DNA of 64,000 nucleotides from Candidatus Curtissbacteria bacterium (GTDB lineage Bacteria; Patescibacteriota; Microgenomatia; Curtissbacterales; GWA2-41-24): NCBI GenBank assembly GCA_016183325.1, contig JACPEV010000006.1, positions 5,883 to 69,882 of the forward strand, read 5' to 3'. Shown piece by piece: positions 61,653 to 64,000 of this stretch (position 1 is its first letter; each line of letters starts with the position of its first letter). The notes under the pieces were generated by a model. It saw only the letters and a program-made list of their open reading frames with translations, ran no database searches and was not told where the DNA came from. The position numbers and the translations under genes were made by a program.

Positions 61653-62260
61653 AATCCTAATTTCTCTTTGACAAAAATAACATGAATTCTCCCTGATTGA
61701 ATCTCTTTATTAACGATTAAGATTTTATTAACGCCACTCCTCATCCCATATGCTTTTTGCGCTCTCTCATCTTCCAAAGGAAAGCTATGCTCATAAATTC
61801 TTTTAATTCCATCATCTGTGTTTTTGACAATTTTTTGAGCTCCAACTACCCAAACAACCTGTCCCGCACTATACGCATAGGCCGGAAGTTGACTCCCTGA
61901 ATTTGAAGCAATTAAAAGGTGGCCATCTTCTGTTACCGCATGAACACTTCCTATTGTCCAGTCAGGAACATTGGCCAGTTTTCTCATCTCTCTTCCTTGA
62001 GTTTTATAATCCATTTTCAAAAGCTTTGGACGAATAGCATCATATCTTCCGGATTCATCAATCTCTTTGGCAATTCCTATTTCCTCAAGTGTCATTGAAG
62101 TCATGGTCATAACTTCCGATTTTTCGGGTATTAACTCCAAAACTCTCTTTTTGGCAGCTTCACCATTTTCAACAACTTCAGCCTCAATCCCATTTGCTTT
62201 TAAAGCTTTAATAGTTTTCTCAATTGTTGAATCGTCTGCTAATTGATCCCACTTACTCAT
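61649..62260 (-). CDS. LUD-domain protein (LutC/YkgG-like lactate-utilisation family).
   Basis: Overall similarity to DUF162/LUD domain (GIEAEVV..., VTMTSMTLEEIG, GSVHAVTEDGHLLIASNSGS). Confidence 0.5.
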   Translation of the reverse strand: MSKWDQLADDSTIEKTIKALKANGIEAEVVENGEAAKKRVLELIPEKSEVMTMTSMTLEEIGIAKEIDESGRYDAIRPKLLKMDYKTQGREMRKLANVPDWTIGSVHAVTEDGHLLIASNSGSQLPAYAYSAGQVVWVVGAQKIVKNTDDGIKRIYEHSFPLEDERAQKAYGMRSGVNKILIVNKEIQSGRIHVIFVKEKLGF

Positions 62261-62409
62261 AGTTTCACCTCCTTATGATAGTTTGAAAACATTAATCCCC
62301 CCCGAATTAAGCTTTTTTGCATTTATTCTGTAAAAATGGCGAACTCCATCTTAAGTCAAGTAGCGCAAGAACTCAAGAGATTCTTTATCGAGAACTGTTT
62401 TATCCTCTC

Positions 62410-63810
62410 TTACTCAATACAGCAGCTTAATTTGGCAACATCTTTGAAAAAGTTCTGTGCTGCGAGTTTTGTTGACTCTGATAAGGTTGGGAAAACATGA
62501 ACAGTATCAATCACATCCTCAAGTGTCATTTTATTCTTAACAATCATTACTGCCTCATGAACTAAATCAGCCGCTTCCGGGCCTAAAATGTGGATGCCAT
62601 ACACTTGATGAGTTTTGTTATCAGCAACTATCTTTACCAAACCTCTTGTATCATGAATAATTGATGCTTTCGGTACATATTCAAACGGAAAGGTATTACA
62701 AGTGCAGGAAAATCCAGCATTTATAGCCTCCTCATCGGTTTTTCCAACCCCTGCCAGATTTGGAGTAGTAAAAACAGCATAAGGAACAGCCGAGTAATCC
62801 ATCTTCCTATGAGTTCCTTTGAGGGCATTTTCAGTGGCAATATTGCCTTCCTTTCCTGCTGTTGTTTCAAGTCTTAACGGCTTATCAGTAACATCTCCTG
62901 CTGCAAAAACATGTGTTGCAGAAGTTTGTAATTCATCATTGACTTTAATTGCTCGTTTTTCGTTAACCTTCACACCCGCTTTTTCTAAGTCTAGATCTTT
63001 TGTATTGGGAGTTTTCCCAGAAGCAAACATTAAAACTTCGCCTCGCACCTCTTGTGGCTTGCCATCAACTTCAAAACTGACAACTACCTCACCATTTTCT
63101 TTTCTTAGTGCTTTGCTATCTGCGTTGATAAATATGGCAATACCCTCATCTTCAAGATACTTTTGCAAAGCTTGAGAAAGTTCCGGTTCAGTTCTTGGCA
63201 TAACTGCTGGACCTTTTTGTAAAATGGTCACTTTGGTACCAAAATGATGATACATTTGGCCAAACTCAAGTCCTAAAGGCCCAGCCCCAATTACAACCAT
63301 TGATTTGGGGAGTTTCTTAAGCTTTAAAGCATCAATGTGGGTAATGTAGGAAACCCTCTCAAGACCTTCTAATGGAGCAGGAAGGGCAGTTGAACCAGTG
63401 GCAATAACAAATTTTTCTCCATAAAGCTTCTGGCCATTAACCTCAATTTCAGTTTTAGAAACAAACGTGGCTTTTCCTTCAAAGTGAGTAACATTTTTAA
63501 GATTTGAAAGTACCTCGACATATTTGTCATGCCGCATCTTATCAACTAGCTCAAGTTCTTCTTCTATTGCCTTCTCAAAATCAACAGTGAGCTTGCCATT
63601 TATTGATTTGAAACCATGACCGCTATAATAAGCGATTTCTCCAATCTTAAGAAGGGTCTTTGAAGGAACACAGCCAACATTGACACAGGTTCCACCAACA
63701 GGAAGTCCAGCATTGACAAGAGCGGTTTTTGCGCCAAGTTCATTTGCTTTGATAGCAGCAGCAAAAGCCCCCGCTCCGCCACCAATAATGATTAAATCGT
63801 ATTCATTCAT
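62410..63810 (-). CDS. Class I pyridine nucleotide-disulfide oxidoreductase with a C-terminal Cys-Cys pair: mercuric reductase (MerA) core-like.
   Basis: GGGAGAFAAAIKA FAD motif, redox-active GGTCVNVGCVPSK, and a C-terminus ...KLAAQNFFKDVAKLSCCIE resembling the MerA C-terminal vicinal cysteines. Likely start MNEYDL at 63808-63810, overlapping the upstream stop (ATGA). Confidence 0.6.
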   Translation of the reverse strand: MNEYDLIIIGGGAGAFAAAIKANELGAKTALVNAGLPVGGTCVNVGCVPSKTLLKIGEIAYYSGHGFKSINGKLTVDFEKAIEEELELVDKMRHDKYVEVLSNLKNVTHFEGKATFVSKTEIEVNGQKLYGEKFVIATGSTALPAPLEGLERVSYITHIDALKLKKLPKSMVVIGAGPLGLEFGQMYHHFGTKVTILQKGPAVMPRTEPELSQALQKYLEDEGIAIFINADSKALRKENGEVVVSFEVDGKPQEVRGEVLMFASGKTPNTKDLDLEKAGVKVNEKRAIKVNDELQTSATHVFAAGDVTDKPLRLETTAGKEGNIATENALKGTHRKMDYSAVPYAVFTTPNLAGVGKTDEEAINAGFSCTCNTFPFEYVPKASIIHDTRGLVKIVADNKTHQVYGIHILGPEAADLVHEAVMIVKNKMTLEDVIDTVHVFPTLSESTKLAAQNFFKDVAKLSCCIE

Positions 63811-64000
63811 GTTGTGAAGTTTCAGGTTTCTTAAACAGACTCTTGTTATAAATAACTGCTGCAAGAATAATGACTGCTCCTGTTCCCCAAATTGGCCACG
63901 CTCCCCATGTGCTTAGGAATACATATCGACCAACATAGAGAAGCACTGCGCCGAAGGCGAGAAGTAAAAGCGGATAAGGATTTCTGTGGGATCGGTAATC
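63805..64000 (-). CDS. 3' end of a membrane-protein gene. The 5' part lies beyond the window.
   Basis: In-frame hydrophobic translation ...LLLLAFGAVLLYVGRYVFLSTWGAWPIWGTGAVIILAAVIYNKSLFKKPETSQHE-stop. Translational coupling with the merA-like gene. Confidence 0.3.

Overview
The window reads like a compact, AT-rich bacterial genome of the Patescibacteria/CPR type. This is an inference from architecture only: short genes mostly on the minus strand, intein-bearing SufB, many PIN/RHH toxin-antitoxin pairs, and lipid-scavenging rather than lipid-biosynthetic genes. No search was run.

Layout:
- 0-5 kb: housekeeping genes (MIP aquaporin, S51-like peptidase, class II FBA, RpiB).
- 5-18.8 kb: one long minus-strand Fe-S/redox locus. 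It runs Rrf2 regulator, SufC, SufB (interrupted by two LAGLIDADG inteins), SufD, Rieske protein, unknown, SufS, SufU, ferredoxin, VIT1 iron transporter and an FAD oxidoreductase, then TrxB. A ~170-bp intergenic repeat occurs 3 times inside the locus.
- 18.8-28 kb: envelope and miscellaneous genes (LPXTG sortase substrate, YkuK/DUF458, SGNH-like protein, MarR, transketolase).
- 28-34.3 kb: a lipid remodelling/scavenging module. It has an acyl-AMP ligase + ACP + PlsC tri-domain (Aas-like) protein, two alpha/beta hydrolases, an MFS transporter and AcpS.
- 34.3-39.1 kb: CopC-cupredoxin lipoprotein, MsrA, then a tandem array of three toxin-antitoxin cassettes (four toxin-antitoxin units, TAs). The cassettes are separated by degenerate direct copies of the msrA 3' end.
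- 39-49 kb: alkylation-repair protein, hydrolase, GT-C glycosyltransferases, two FemAB proteins and a DegT aminotransferase.
- 49-60 kb: a mosaic, duplicated and partly decayed accessory region. It holds CE4 deacetylase copies (one deleted by microhomology), paralogous small ORFs, four more PIN toxin modules (one split by a 110-bp MITE, one pair reciprocally decayed), NUDIX, and a secreted Zn-dependent PLC/P1-nuclease-like protein.
- 60-64 kb: quinone oxidoreductase, a LUD-domain protein and a MerA-like flavoprotein.

Two signals stand out. First, several families of short GC-rich palindromic (MITE-like) elements are inserted in frame into essential genes (fba, sufU, sufC, trxB, tkt, aas-like, alkD-like, ykuK-like). 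Second, repeat-bounded cassette organisation of TA and accessory genes. No rRNA, tRNA or CRISPR array was recognised.
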